From NCBI RefSeq assembly GCF_006345805.1, contig NC_043010.1, forward strand, positions 744,001 to 808,000: a stretch of DNA of 64,000 nt, written 5' to 3'. Each line of letters begins with the position of its first letter. Positions within the stretch are counted from its first letter, which is position 1. A program made the position numbers and the translations under genes. This DNA comes from Octopus sinensis (lineage: Eukaryota). Positions 13,844-24,000 of the stretch are shown here, in pieces. The notes beneath the pieces are model-generated. The model was not told the DNA's origin. It ran no database searches and saw nothing but the letters and a program-made list of their open reading frames with translations.

Positions 13844-14245
13844 ATTCTTTTCTCTTTTATTTGTTTCAGTCATTTGACTGTGGCCATGCTGGAGCACCGC
13901 CTTTAGTCGAGCAAATCGACCCCAGGTCCTATTCTTTGTAAGCTTACTACTTATTCTAACAGTCTCTTTTGCCGAACCGCTAAGTTACGGGGACATAAAC
14001 ACACCAGCATCAGTTGTTATGCGATGTTGGGGGGACAAACAGAGACACACAAACATACACACACACACATATATATATACATATATATGACGGGCTTCTT
14101 TCAGTTTCCGTCTACCAAATCCACTCACAAGGCTTTCGTCGACCCGAGGCTATAGTAGAAGACACTTGCCCAGTGTGCCACGCAGTGGGACTGAACTCGG
14201 AACCATGTGGTTGGTAAACAAGCTACTTATCACACAGCCACTCCT
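13844..14245 (-). mobile_element. tRNA-derived SINE, family A (local label)
   Basis: Reverse complement has A box TGGCTGTGTG, B-box-like GTTCAGTCCC, internal (CA/TA)n and the tail GCTCCAGCATGGCCACAGTCAAATGACTGAAAC. There are more than 12 copies in the window. Confidence 0.9.
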
Positions 14246-14389
14246 ACACTATAAAATACTATATATAGTATTTTATATTTTTTATATTCCTTTTTATATA
14301 TTTTTTATATTTTATATATTTTATATCCCGTTTTATATATTTTTTATGTTAAGTTCTTTGTATATGTATGTGTGTTTAAGTGTGCGTTG

Positions 14390-15560
14390 AGTCACCAACC
14401 CTCAACCCATTGGTTGATCAAGCCTTACCATCACTATTTAATCTGCGACCTGGTCTGCATCTGACATGTGGTACACGGTTCACCAGAACAGATGCTTTCT
14501 AGGTGCAGAGAGTGCGTTTTGTCCAGCCCAAGCAACTTTCACTTTAAACAAATTCATAATGCTGGCCGTTCAGCGATGAAGTGATATCAAAGGGGACAGG
14601 AGGAGAAAGTCCCTGGGAGGCTGTAACTTGAGCTTTGTACGTATGGTGATAAGAAGCAGATGGCCGTTCTGTGAAACTTACGTGAACAGTTTTCCAGTCC
14701 GTGTCCTTAATTACAAAGCAGCGTAATTAGGATGGCACTGCCCCAGAAAAATGTTTGTTCACACAATCCTGTCATTATACTACGAATTACTGGACTTTCA
14801 ACCATGAAATTAAAAAAAATGTGATAAGACAAAGGAAAAAGGGTTGAGAAACAGATCTGAGTATAACAGCTTGGAACGTAGGCACACTTCAGGACCACAA
14901 GAAGTGTCCTAAACCAAAACAACATCTGTAGCTTGGCTTCAGAGAAGTAAAATTGTTAGTTTTACCGCTTTTTCAGAGACAAAGCGACCAAATTCTAGTC
15001 AGCCGAATGAAGTAGTTGGAAGGTACACTTTCTGCTAGACTGGTAAATCTGAAGCAGAAAAAAAAAAGGGGAATCTGGTGTGGGTTTTACTATTAGTAAT
15101 GATATTCTAACATAAACTGGAATCCATTATCAAATGGAATTAATGATCGTCTAATGTTATTGCGAATTGCAATTGGCCCTGGAAAATATGCTACAGTGGT
15201 AAGTGCATAGGCACCAATACTTGGTTCTGCAGATGCAGCTGAGGAAAAGTTTTGTTCCGATTTACGAATATTAATGGACTGAATTTCCAATTAAGATAAT
15301 TTTTTTCTTTTAAGAGAGATTTTAATGTCCTTGCTGGATCAGATTAAATTTCTTGGCTAAATATTATTGGTAAGCATGGTCTTGACTCCTCCTGCAATCT
15401 TTGTGCAGTAAGTTTGGACCTTCTGTCACCAATACCTTTCAATTCAATTCAACAATCCAATACAAAAAACAAAAAAAAAAAAAACAAAACCAAACAACTT
15501 GGAATCTTCCGAGATCGGGTCTTGGTCACTTAAATGACTTCATGATTGTCTGAAGCCTAA
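14390..15560 (+). mobile_element. RTE-clade LINE, 5' part (5'UTR and APE endonuclease), pseudogenised
   Basis: Plus-strand motifs ITAWNVGTL, ESGVGF, GINDRLMLLRI, ATVVSA*AP, IIGKHG, VTNTF and TTWNLPRSG...DFMIV match RTE endonuclease domains. Confidence 0.8.
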
Positions 15561-15593
15561 ATGGAATTTTTTTTTTTTCATCTTTTACATATA

Positions 15594-15971
15594 GGCGCTT
15601 GTGTGATTGTGTGGTTGCTTACGAACTACATGGTTCCGGGTTCAGTCTCACTGCGTGGCACCTTGAGCAAGTGTCTTTTACTATAGCCTCGGCCGATCAA
15701 AGCCTTGTGAGAGGATTTGGTTGACGGAAACTGAAAGAAGCCTACGCCTACCGTATATATATATTTATGTGTGTTTGTGTTTGTTCCACCCCGCCATTAC
15801 TTGACAATCGATGCTGGTGTCTTTTTGTCCTCGTAACTTAGCGGTTCGGCAAAAGAGACGAAGCCTACAAACAATAAGTCCTGGGTTTGATTTCTTCTAC
15901 TAAAACCCTTTAAGGCGGTGCTCCAGCATGGCTGCAGTCAAATGACTGAAACCAGTAAAAGAATAAAAGAA
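15594..15971 (+). mobile_element. SINE family A
   Basis: Full-length head-to-tail match to other copies, ending AAAAGAATAAAAGAA. Confidence 0.9.
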
Positions 15972-16192
15972 TTTATGTACGTACATTTTTACACACGCAA
16001 ACGCAGGTATATACACACACACATACACACACACACATTTTTACTTCTGTCTTCATGCTGATACCACTTGCATTATTCACATTCGCTCATCCATTTTTCC
16101 AGTGGGTCGGTTGTTGTCTAGGAGTTCACTGATACATTCATACATACATACACGCATGTATATATACATATCTATACATACATACATACATT

Positions 16193-16285
<93 letters not shown>

Positions 16286-17305
16286 GTATATGTATATTAT
16301 ATATGTATATGTATGTGTGTGTGTATATATGTGTGTGTGTTTGCGAGTGAAACCCTCCCCCCACCACTCCACCGCATCTCTCCCATCTTTCTCGAGTTCT
16401 TCCACCTTATTTATTTATTTATTTATTTTATTCTCCTGCTTCCTTAACTGATCTCTTAAATCTTTTGAATCTCCGGGAAAATAAATCAGGAAATAACAAC
16501 AAAAATGCAAAACAAAAACAAAAAACAATTCAATAAAAGACAAAATAAAATACATGAAATATAACAGACATAAAAAGTTAAGGTACAGTTCCAGCCATTT
16601 CCATGTAGGTTCTCTTCAACATAAATTTCTTCTTCGATGCCATATTCTCCACCCCACCCCCGCTCTTTCTCCCCTCCATCCCCATTCTCTTGCCACTGCC
16701 AAATTGTCATGGAATATGGAAAATATTTCCCAATTCTTCATTCATATCATTCGGAAACTCGCATACGCCTGAATCGATAGGAAGATGATAATGCTTTTGT
16801 TGCTGTTGTTGGCGGGGGTAATGGTGGTGGTGGTGGTGAGTGGTCCTTGGAGGGGGTTGTTGTTGTTGTTTTTGGTATTGGTGGTGGTAGTTGTATTGTG
16901 CTAGTGCTATTGTTGGGGATGTATCGTGAGGTGGGCTGATATTGTTGGTTTCGGTGTTGTGTTAATATTGTTGTTGTTGTTGTTCTTGTTCTTGTTGTTT
17001 AGTTCCAGCTTAACCTTCATAGTACAGACCTATGATTAAACGTTTCCATCCGTGACCACCCCGCCATCAAAGATCTGATTTTTTTTTTTAATCTGATATA
17101 CTCATCCTATTTTAAGAGGCAATTGTGTGTGATACGAGGTAGATTTCGCTGCTATTTTTGGAAGGTTTAGTGACCACATAGAGGCAGCCTTGTTGATCCA
17201 ATATAGTCCTAACGGCTGTTACCGTTGCTGGTGGTGGTAGAATATGTGGAGGCAGTGGTAGTGGTGGTTGCGGTAATGGTGATAGTAGTGGTAGTGGTTT
17301 TGTTT

Positions 17306-17606
17306 GATTGTTTCTTCTCAAGCCACTCCTGGCTCATAGGGCCGGTTTCCCTGTTTCCTTGGCGTATAGGTTCCCCACCTGGTCGGGACGACGGTCCGTC
17401 GCAGGTGAGCTGCAAGATGCAGGAAGAAAGAGTTAGAGAAAGTTGTGGCGAAAGAGTCAGCAGAAGTTCGCCATTTCCTTCTGCCGGATCCGCGTGGAGC
17501 TTAGGTGTTTCGCTCATAAACACACACATCGACCGGTCTGAGATTCGGACCCGCGATCCCTCGACCACAAGTCCGCTGCTCTAACCACTAGGCCATGTGC
17601 CTCCAC
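17306..17606 (-). mobile_element. tRNA-derived SINE, family C (local label), with 13-bp target-site duplication
   Basis: Head GGAGGCACATGGCCTAGTGGTTAG on the minus strand. AGTGGTTTTGTTT is duplicated at 17293-17305 and 17607-17619. Confidence 0.88.
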
Positions 17607-18296
17607 AGTGGTTTTGTTTAGTCCCAGGTAATTCCTGATCGAACAGGCTCATTAACGAAAACCTTCCAATCAAGACCCTCACATCTTTCGAGACTGTTTT
17701 ATCCAAAGCTAAGTCATACCAGCGTGGACAACGGACGTTAAATGATGATAATGAAGAAAAATGGCAGCATACGTAACCATTTCCAGAGGTAAACCCATCC
17801 CTAACCTTCCTCCCACCCGAATCTTGTTGAGAAAAGGAAGAAGTTCAGGCTAAATATCCTCAAAGTGAAGATCTAACTTGATAGTTTGCAACAGAATAAA
17901 CTCTGAATTAGGTACCCAAGGACCTGGTAAAGATATCAAACAGGGTACCGAATTACATCTACCACATAAAAACATGCATTTCATATGATGGGATCCACAG
18001 TATTTCTGTCGACCCAATTTTTTTCATAAGAACAAAGGGGTTCCAAGTTGGGTCCTACTCTATGGCAACGAACCCAGAATAACGAGCTTAAGAAGCGGAA
18101 ATCTTAAGTTTGCAATCATTAGCTTTGTTGCTCATATTATTTAGCACTGATCATGCAAATTTACGGCTAAGTGGCGTTCCAGCTATGGCTATCTCATCCT
18201 ATTCTCTGGCATTGTTCATCTAGGATTAGAGTATCTAATTTAAGGGCATTATTCCATGTAAACATGTAATTCAAGATACATTTAGCTACTATTTCT

Positions 18297-18529
18297 TATT
18301 TCTTTATTGCCCACAAGGGGCGAAACATAGAAAGGACAAACAAGGACAGACAAAAGGATTAAGTCGATTACATCGACCCCAGTGCGTAACTGGTACTTAT
18401 TTAATCGACCTCGAAAGGATGAAAGGCAAAGTCGACCTCGGCGGAATTTGAACTCACAACGTAACGACAGACGAAATACCGCTAAGCATTTTGACCGGCG
18501 TGCTAACGTTTCTGCCAGCTCGCCGCCTT
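18297..18529 (-). mobile_element. SINE family B (local label)
   Basis: Reverse complement begins AAGGCGGCGAGCTGGCAGAAACGTTAGC, with B-box GAGTTCAAATTCC. Other copies at about 2280-2500, 5670-5850, 23492-23712 and 58296-58790. Confidence 0.9.
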
Positions 18530-18859
18530 AAGCTACAATTTCTTTCAGGCCAAACGACCAGGAAGAAGCTTCCCCTCTCCCTTTATCATTGTTGTTGTTT
18601 ATACGATGAGGATATGTATATTAGGGAGTACATCTTCCTTTGTGAGTGATTTTACCATTATTTCTAGCACGATTCCTTAGAAGACAACTTTGTCGGCTTG
18701 TTATTGTTGTTGTTACTGTTGTTTGCATTGTCGTGGTGTTGTGATTTATACTGACGGTGATGATGACAACGATGCTGGTTTGTAGTGGTGGTGGGGGGGG
18801 GTGAGGGTAATGCTGCTGGTGATGGTGGTTGTGGTGATGATGAGGATGATGATGCTGTT

Positions 18860-19220
18860 GAGCGAACGGTCTTCGTCCCAGAGCTCACAAGATGGGAGAA
18901 GTTCGAAATGTGGTCCTTTGCTATTCGTAAGACCCGCAGAAGAGAAAGCAGGTCAACCTCCGACACCGAGAGCACCGACGGATGAATGCGCATCCATGCT
19001 CAGCGGTTGCGTAGGAAGTCGGGGACAAGAAACAGGAAGAAAGAGGGAGAGAAAGTTGGAGTGAAAGAGTACAAGAGGGGTCGGCACCACCCCCTGCCGA
19101 AGCCTCGTGGAGCTTTAGGTGTTTTCGCTCAATAAACATACACAACGCCTGGTCTGGGAATCGAAACCGAGATCCTCCGACCGCGAGTCCTTTCCCTAAC
19201 CATTGAACATTGCGCCTCCA
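18860..19220 (-). mobile_element. SINE family C
   Basis: Matches the copies at 17306, 39165, 51835 and 61776. Confidence 0.85.
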
Positions 19221-19399
19221 CTTGATGATGATGATGATGATGATGACGACGTTGATGATGGTGGTGATGATAGTGGTGGTGACGATGATGTTGATGACGA
19301 CTATGATGACAATGAAGGTAGTGATGACGACGATGATAATAATGCTGGTGGTCTTTTGTCCTTCGTTTTACTTTTCGTTGTCTTAATATATTTTTCCCT

Positions 19400-19443
19400 T
19401 TCTTCCAATACACTGATTCTCAATATTTCTCATTTACTTACAG
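19400..19443 (+). promoter_or_regulatory. Splice acceptor of the large protocadherin exon
   Basis: Long pyrimidine tract ending CATTTACTTACAG|ATG at 19443/19444. This implies an upstream non-coding exon, which I could not locate. Confidence 0.6.
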
Positions 19444-19495
19444 ATGTACACAGGATTGTGACATGACATGCCTCCCATAACATGCAGTTAGACAC

Positions 19496-22153
19496 ATGCG
19501 ACACGGGACGGTCGTTCAACACGTCAATTCTATGATGAAGCCAAATGTGTGCGGAACATTCTTACGACATGTCGTAGCTATGATGAGACCCGACAAATGC
19601 GAAACTATTGCGTTATCTGCTTTTGTTATGATCTGTCCTGACGTGTGTAGGATCATAGTAAGTCATAGTGTTTTTATGACCTGGATAGAAGCGTGGAGGA
19701 CGCTTGCTCGACATATCATAGCTGGGATGCAGACTAACAGGATGTTATTTAAAATTTCTCTAATGCTGTATGTTATTCAAAGCTGCGCATGTGTGGACCT
19801 AGTCTACGTAGTTGAAGAAAACCAAATTCCAGGAACATATCTTGGAAATATTGCTGAAGATTCACACATTCTGAAGAAGTTATCTGTAAAAGACAGGAGC
19901 CAGGTTCGATTCAGTTTATTACAAGAAGCAAGTGAAAATTTATCATTGTTTAATGTAACGGAGTTTAGTGGAAAACTCTATACGACCAGGGTATTAGATG
20001 CTGAAGTTTTATGCGAACCGAATATAGAATGTTTCTTAATGCTCAACATAGCAATGAAGCGAGGTCAATTATATATGGAAATATTGAAGGTCAAACTTGT
20101 TGTACTGGATATCAATGATTGCAGGCCTGAGTTCATTGTCAAAGAGATAAACATTAGCTTCTCTGAAGGAGATCGAAAAGGGACTCGTAAATCCATCCCC
20201 AGTGCAATCGACAGAGATATTAGTGCGCTAAACTCCAAGATTACCTATCATTTACGTAACGCTACTGACAAACCTTTCTCTCTCTCCATGGTAAATATTC
20301 AGAATGGAACAGATGAGATATACATAACTGTTAAAGAAAAACTTGACAGGGAAACAATAGACACATATCATCTTGAGGTGGTCGCTGAAGATGGTGGCCG
20401 ACCCCCAATTCTTTCGTATCTTCAGGTTCAAATTACAGTTACCGATGAAAATGATAATACTCCTATTTTTCTCCCAGATGCTTATAATGTCTCAATCAAT
20501 AGAGTTGTATTTCCTGGAGAATTAATTGTCAAACTATCAGCTTCTGATACCGACATAGGTAAAAATGGTCAGATTTCATATTATTTCACATCGCAGACTT
20601 CCACTAGAACGAAATATTACTTCACTTTAAACAAAACAACTGGCATCATTTACCTAAGAAAGAAGTTGGTACCAAATAAAAGCATAGATTTTAAGTTATT
20701 CGTCAAAGCAGTGGACAGTGGTCAGCCTCACCTTAGTGCCTTTGCTGATGTGTTAGTTAATGTTGTAAACACAGAGAACCACGCGCCCCAAATATTGGTT
20801 AACTTGGGTTCTTCATCATCTAACACAGCAGTTATTTCAGAATCGATCAAAGTAGGGAGTTTCATTGGTTATGTTGAAGTGAAAGACAACGACAGCGGTT
20901 CCAACGGAGAAGTAATCTGTACACTTCGTAATCAGAGATTTTACCTTCATAACCTCGGTGAGAAAAAATACAAAATAAAAGTTAAAAATCCAATCGACCG
21001 CGAATCCAAGGCCAGCCATAACATCACAATAGCTTGCAAGGACAAAGGTATGCCTCCTTTGTGGGTGAAGAGCAAGTTTTATATTCGAGTTATTGACGTA
21101 AACGATGTACCTCCAAGATTTTCCCAAAAATCTTTTAAATTTTGGACCTATGAGAACCAGGACAGAAACTTTCCAGTTGGTTTTGTTAATGCTTCAGATC
21201 CAGACATGGGAGCCGGGGGTGAACTCTCTTACTCGTTGATGAATCTGAATGGAACTTTCTCGCCTTTTCAGATCACTAATTACGGGTACATTTCTACAAG
21301 AGTGCCACTGGATCGTGAACAGCAAGAAATCTATCATCTGCGTGTTTTCGTCAAGGACCACGGGGTACTTTCGCTAAACAATACAGTTAGTGTCACTGTC
21401 GAAGTAATGGATGAAAACGACAATGTGCCCTGTTTTACCTTCCCAGATGTTAACCCCTTTCTTATGAATGTTAATTATCATCCACAGAATGGTAGAAACA
21501 TCACAATTCTCAGAGCCATTGACAAAGACATCGGGAAGAACGCCTTCTTAACATATGAAATAACTGAAGGAAATACACGAAAACTATTCATACTAAATCA
21601 TAAAAATGGTCAATTATCTTTTAATCGAGTTCCTTTCGAAAAGGATGCTGGGATACATAACCTACAGATTCGAGTCAGAGACAGTGGAATTCCTGTGTTA
21701 CATGCAGTGACAAACCTATCATTAATATTATCAATTGGCAACGCCGCATCCAAAACATTAACAGCGGTGCAAATCGGTACAACTGTCAGGATTCATAAAA
21801 ATCTGTTTATCGTCATAATCTTGGTGGTTATGATTGCTTCGGTTTGTGTAGTGGTGTTGATCACAACATGTCTGATACGCAGAAATGACCGTGGGAGAAA
21901 TTCACGCGTTGACAAAGCAACTGCGAGAAACAGACGTCGAGAAGGAAAATGCTTCAAATGCTTGCCTATGACAGCTGTATCACAAATCGACATAACTCTG
22001 CCTGAGGTGACCAACAACCGCAATACATGGAGTGTACAACTTACTGAATCTTGTGTTGATCTCGACACCGAAAACGAAACAGACAACAACGACTGTGATT
22101 CACATCCATTACATGTCCAGGCATCAGTTCCAGCAATGCAAGACGTAAGTTGA
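19496..22153 (+). CDS. Pcdh: Protocadherin, large exon: signal peptide (ATG 19742), 6 cadherin repeats, transmembrane helix, proximal cytoplasmic tail. Probably spliced after 22144.
   Basis: 885-codon ORF. Signal-like MLFKISLMLYVIQSCAC; EC1 has C-X5-C (CEPNIEC); linkers DINDCRPEF, DENDNTPIF, NTENHAPQI, DVNDVPPRF, DENDNVPCF; LDRE/IDRE motifs; TM LFIVIILVVMIASVCVVVLITTCLI (21803-21877). The symbol is family-level only. Confidence 0.96.
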   Translation: MRHGTVVQHVNSMMKPNVCGTFLRHVVAMMRPDKCETIALSAFVMICPDVCRIIVSHSVFMTWIEAWRTLARHIIAGMQTNRMLFKISLMLYVIQSCACVDLVYVVEENQIPGTYLGNIAEDSHILKKLSVKDRSQVRFSLLQEASENLSLFNVTEFSGKLYTTRVLDAEVLCEPNIECFLMLNIAMKRGQLYMEILKVKLVVLDINDCRPEFIVKEINISFSEGDRKGTRKSIPSAIDRDISALNSKITYHLRNATDKPFSLSMVNIQNGTDEIYITVKEKLDRETIDTYHLEVVAEDGGRPPILSYLQVQITVTDENDNTPIFLPDAYNVSINRVVFPGELIVKLSASDTDIGKNGQISYYFTSQTSTRTKYYFTLNKTTGIIYLRKKLVPNKSIDFKLFVKAVDSGQPHLSAFADVLVNVVNTENHAPQILVNLGSSSSNTAVISESIKVGSFIGYVEVKDNDSGSNGEVICTLRNQRFYLHNLGEKKYKIKVKNPIDRESKASHNITIACKDKGMPPLWVKSKFYIRVIDVNDVPPRFSQKSFKFWTYENQDRNFPVGFVNASDPDMGAGGELSYSLMNLNGTFSPFQITNYGYISTRVPLDREQQEIYHLRVFVKDHGVLSLNNTVSVTVEVMDENDNVPCFTFPDVNPFLMNVNYHPQNGRNITILRAIDKDIGKNAFLTYEITEGNTRKLFILNHKNGQLSFNRVPFEKDAGIHNLQIRVRDSGIPVLHAVTNLSLILSIGNAASKTLTAVQIGTTVRIHKNLFIVIILVVMIASVCVVVLITTCLIRRNDRGRNSRVDKATARNRRREGKCFKCLPMTAVSQIDITLPEVTNNRNTWSVQLTESCVDLDTENETDNNDCDSHPLHVQASVPAMQDVS
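22145..22150 (+). promoter_or_regulatory. Phase-0 splice donor
   Basis: CAA GAC|GTAAGT lies three codons before the ORF stop and is a perfect intronic donor consensus. Confidence 0.8.
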
Positions 22154-22247
22154 AACATTTATTTTATCTGTATGCATAAAAGACGACACAGGAGAGATAA
22201 GTTTTTAAAAATATCGTATCAATTTAACGTTCAAAAGGAAGGTAGAA

Positions 22248-22284
22248 TCTTGACGTTTCGGCCGTTCGTCCTTCATCAGAAAAA
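22248..22284 (-). ncRNA. Minimal type-I hammerhead ribozyme motif (Penelope-associated type)
   Basis: Minus strand reads UUUUU-CUGAUGA-A-GG(ACGAACGG)CC-GAAAC-GUC^AAGA: intact core, palindromic ACGU helix III and UUUU/AAGA helix I. Confidence 0.6.
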
Positions 22285-22674
22285 GGAAAAGAATGAGGAA
22301 AGGTAGTGTAAAAATAAAAGGAATGAGAAAATGGGGTTGGAGAAAATATGTATATATGAATATATGCATGTTTGTTTGTATGAATACATGTATGTGTATG
22401 TATACATGTTTGTGTGTAAGAAAGTATGCCTATTTGTGTGCGTATAAGTATGTAAACATGGATGTTTCTGTGTATATAAGTATGTATGCGTGCTCGTATT
22501 TCGAGTGCAGAACTTTATATCGAGTGCAGACCTACATAACTGATTACACTTTTGGCTCTTGCTGTTATAAACTGCAGCACAGTAAAATTTAAAAGAAATG
22601 ACAGTGAATTTGGTACCAAAATAAAACTGACATTATCACTTTGGAATATTCTCTTTGAAATATTTATAAAATCG

Positions 22675-24000
22675 GAGGCGCACGTATAGCTATGTGGTAT
22701 AGAAGCTCAAATTGCAAGCACATGATTTCAGGTTTAGTCCCACTGCGTGTTACATTGGGCGACTGTCTTCTACTATATCCTCCAACCAATCTATATCTTG
22801 TGAGTGAATTTATTAGACGGAAACAGTGTGGCGGTCCGCTGTATACATGTGTGCGTGCTTTTTGTGTTGGGCCCCACGACCGCTTAACGACTGGTGTTGG
22901 TTTGCTTGTGTGACCTTAATATAGCGACTCGACAAAAAAGACCAATAGAATAAGTACCAGAAATCAAAACTAAGAATTACTTGGGTCGTTTTGCTGTACT
23001 ACAATCTTCTGGGAGGTACCATAGCATGGCCGCAGTTCAATGAATGAAACAGGTAAAAGAGATTCGGTTCGCGTTCAGTTGCCGGATCACTGTGAATCTT
23101 AACTGCAGTAATACTATCAACCATGAATGAGCAATAAAATAAAATGCCTTTCCGTAATCAAGTGATACTGTTACCAGGTTTCTGTAGTGTGTCCTTCAGA
23201 CAATACAGTTTTACTTATCAACAGTCGTTCAGCACATCTCCATACTTCCCTCTCTCCACCTGTCTGCTCGGTCATTATATGGCTGAATCGCAACAGTCCT
23301 CGAAGAATTGGTTGAGACAACTTGTGTGAATTTGTACGGGCGTGACAGTGTGGTAAGAAGTTTGCTTCCCAACCACATGGTTCCGGGTTCAGTCCCACTG
23401 CGTGGCACCTTGGGCAAATGTCTTCTACCATAGCTTCGGACCGATCAAAGCCTTGTGAGTGGATTTGGCAGACGGAAACTGAAAAGAAGTCGGCCGTGGC
23501 GAGCTGGCAGAAACGTTAGCACGCCGGGCGAAATGCGTAGCCGTATTTCGCCTGCCGTTACGTTCTGAGTTCAAATTCTGCCGAGGTCGACTTTGCCTTT
23601 CACCCTTTCGGGGTCGATAAATTAAGTACCAGTTACTTATGTAATCGACTTAATCCGTTTGTCTGTCCTTGTTTGTCCCCTCTGTATTTAGCCCCTTGTG
23701 GGTAGTAAAGAGATATATACACACATATACATACACACACACACACACATACACACACACACACACATATATATATATACATATATATGTATGTGTGTGT
23801 TAATTTCCCCCTCCCCCCGCCATCGCTTGACAACTGATGTTGGTGTGTTTACGTTTCCGTAACTTAGTAGTTCGGCAAAAGAGACCGATAGAATCAGTGC
23901 TCAGCTTACAAAGAATAGGTCCTGGGGTCAATTTCTTTGACTAAAAAACTCAAGGTAGTGCTCCAGTATGGTCTCAGTCAAATAACTGAAGCAAGTAAGA
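22675..24000 (+). mobile_element. SINE cluster: family A copy (22675-23060) and a second family A copy interrupted by a family B copy (23492-23712)
   Basis: Family A head at about 23335-23490, family B inserted, then the family A body and tail resume at about 23780-24000. Confidence 0.85.

Noticed and set aside
20837-22158. Antisense ORFs 20837-21127 and 21793-22158
   Set aside because: Shadow frames of the protocadherin CDS with no independent features.
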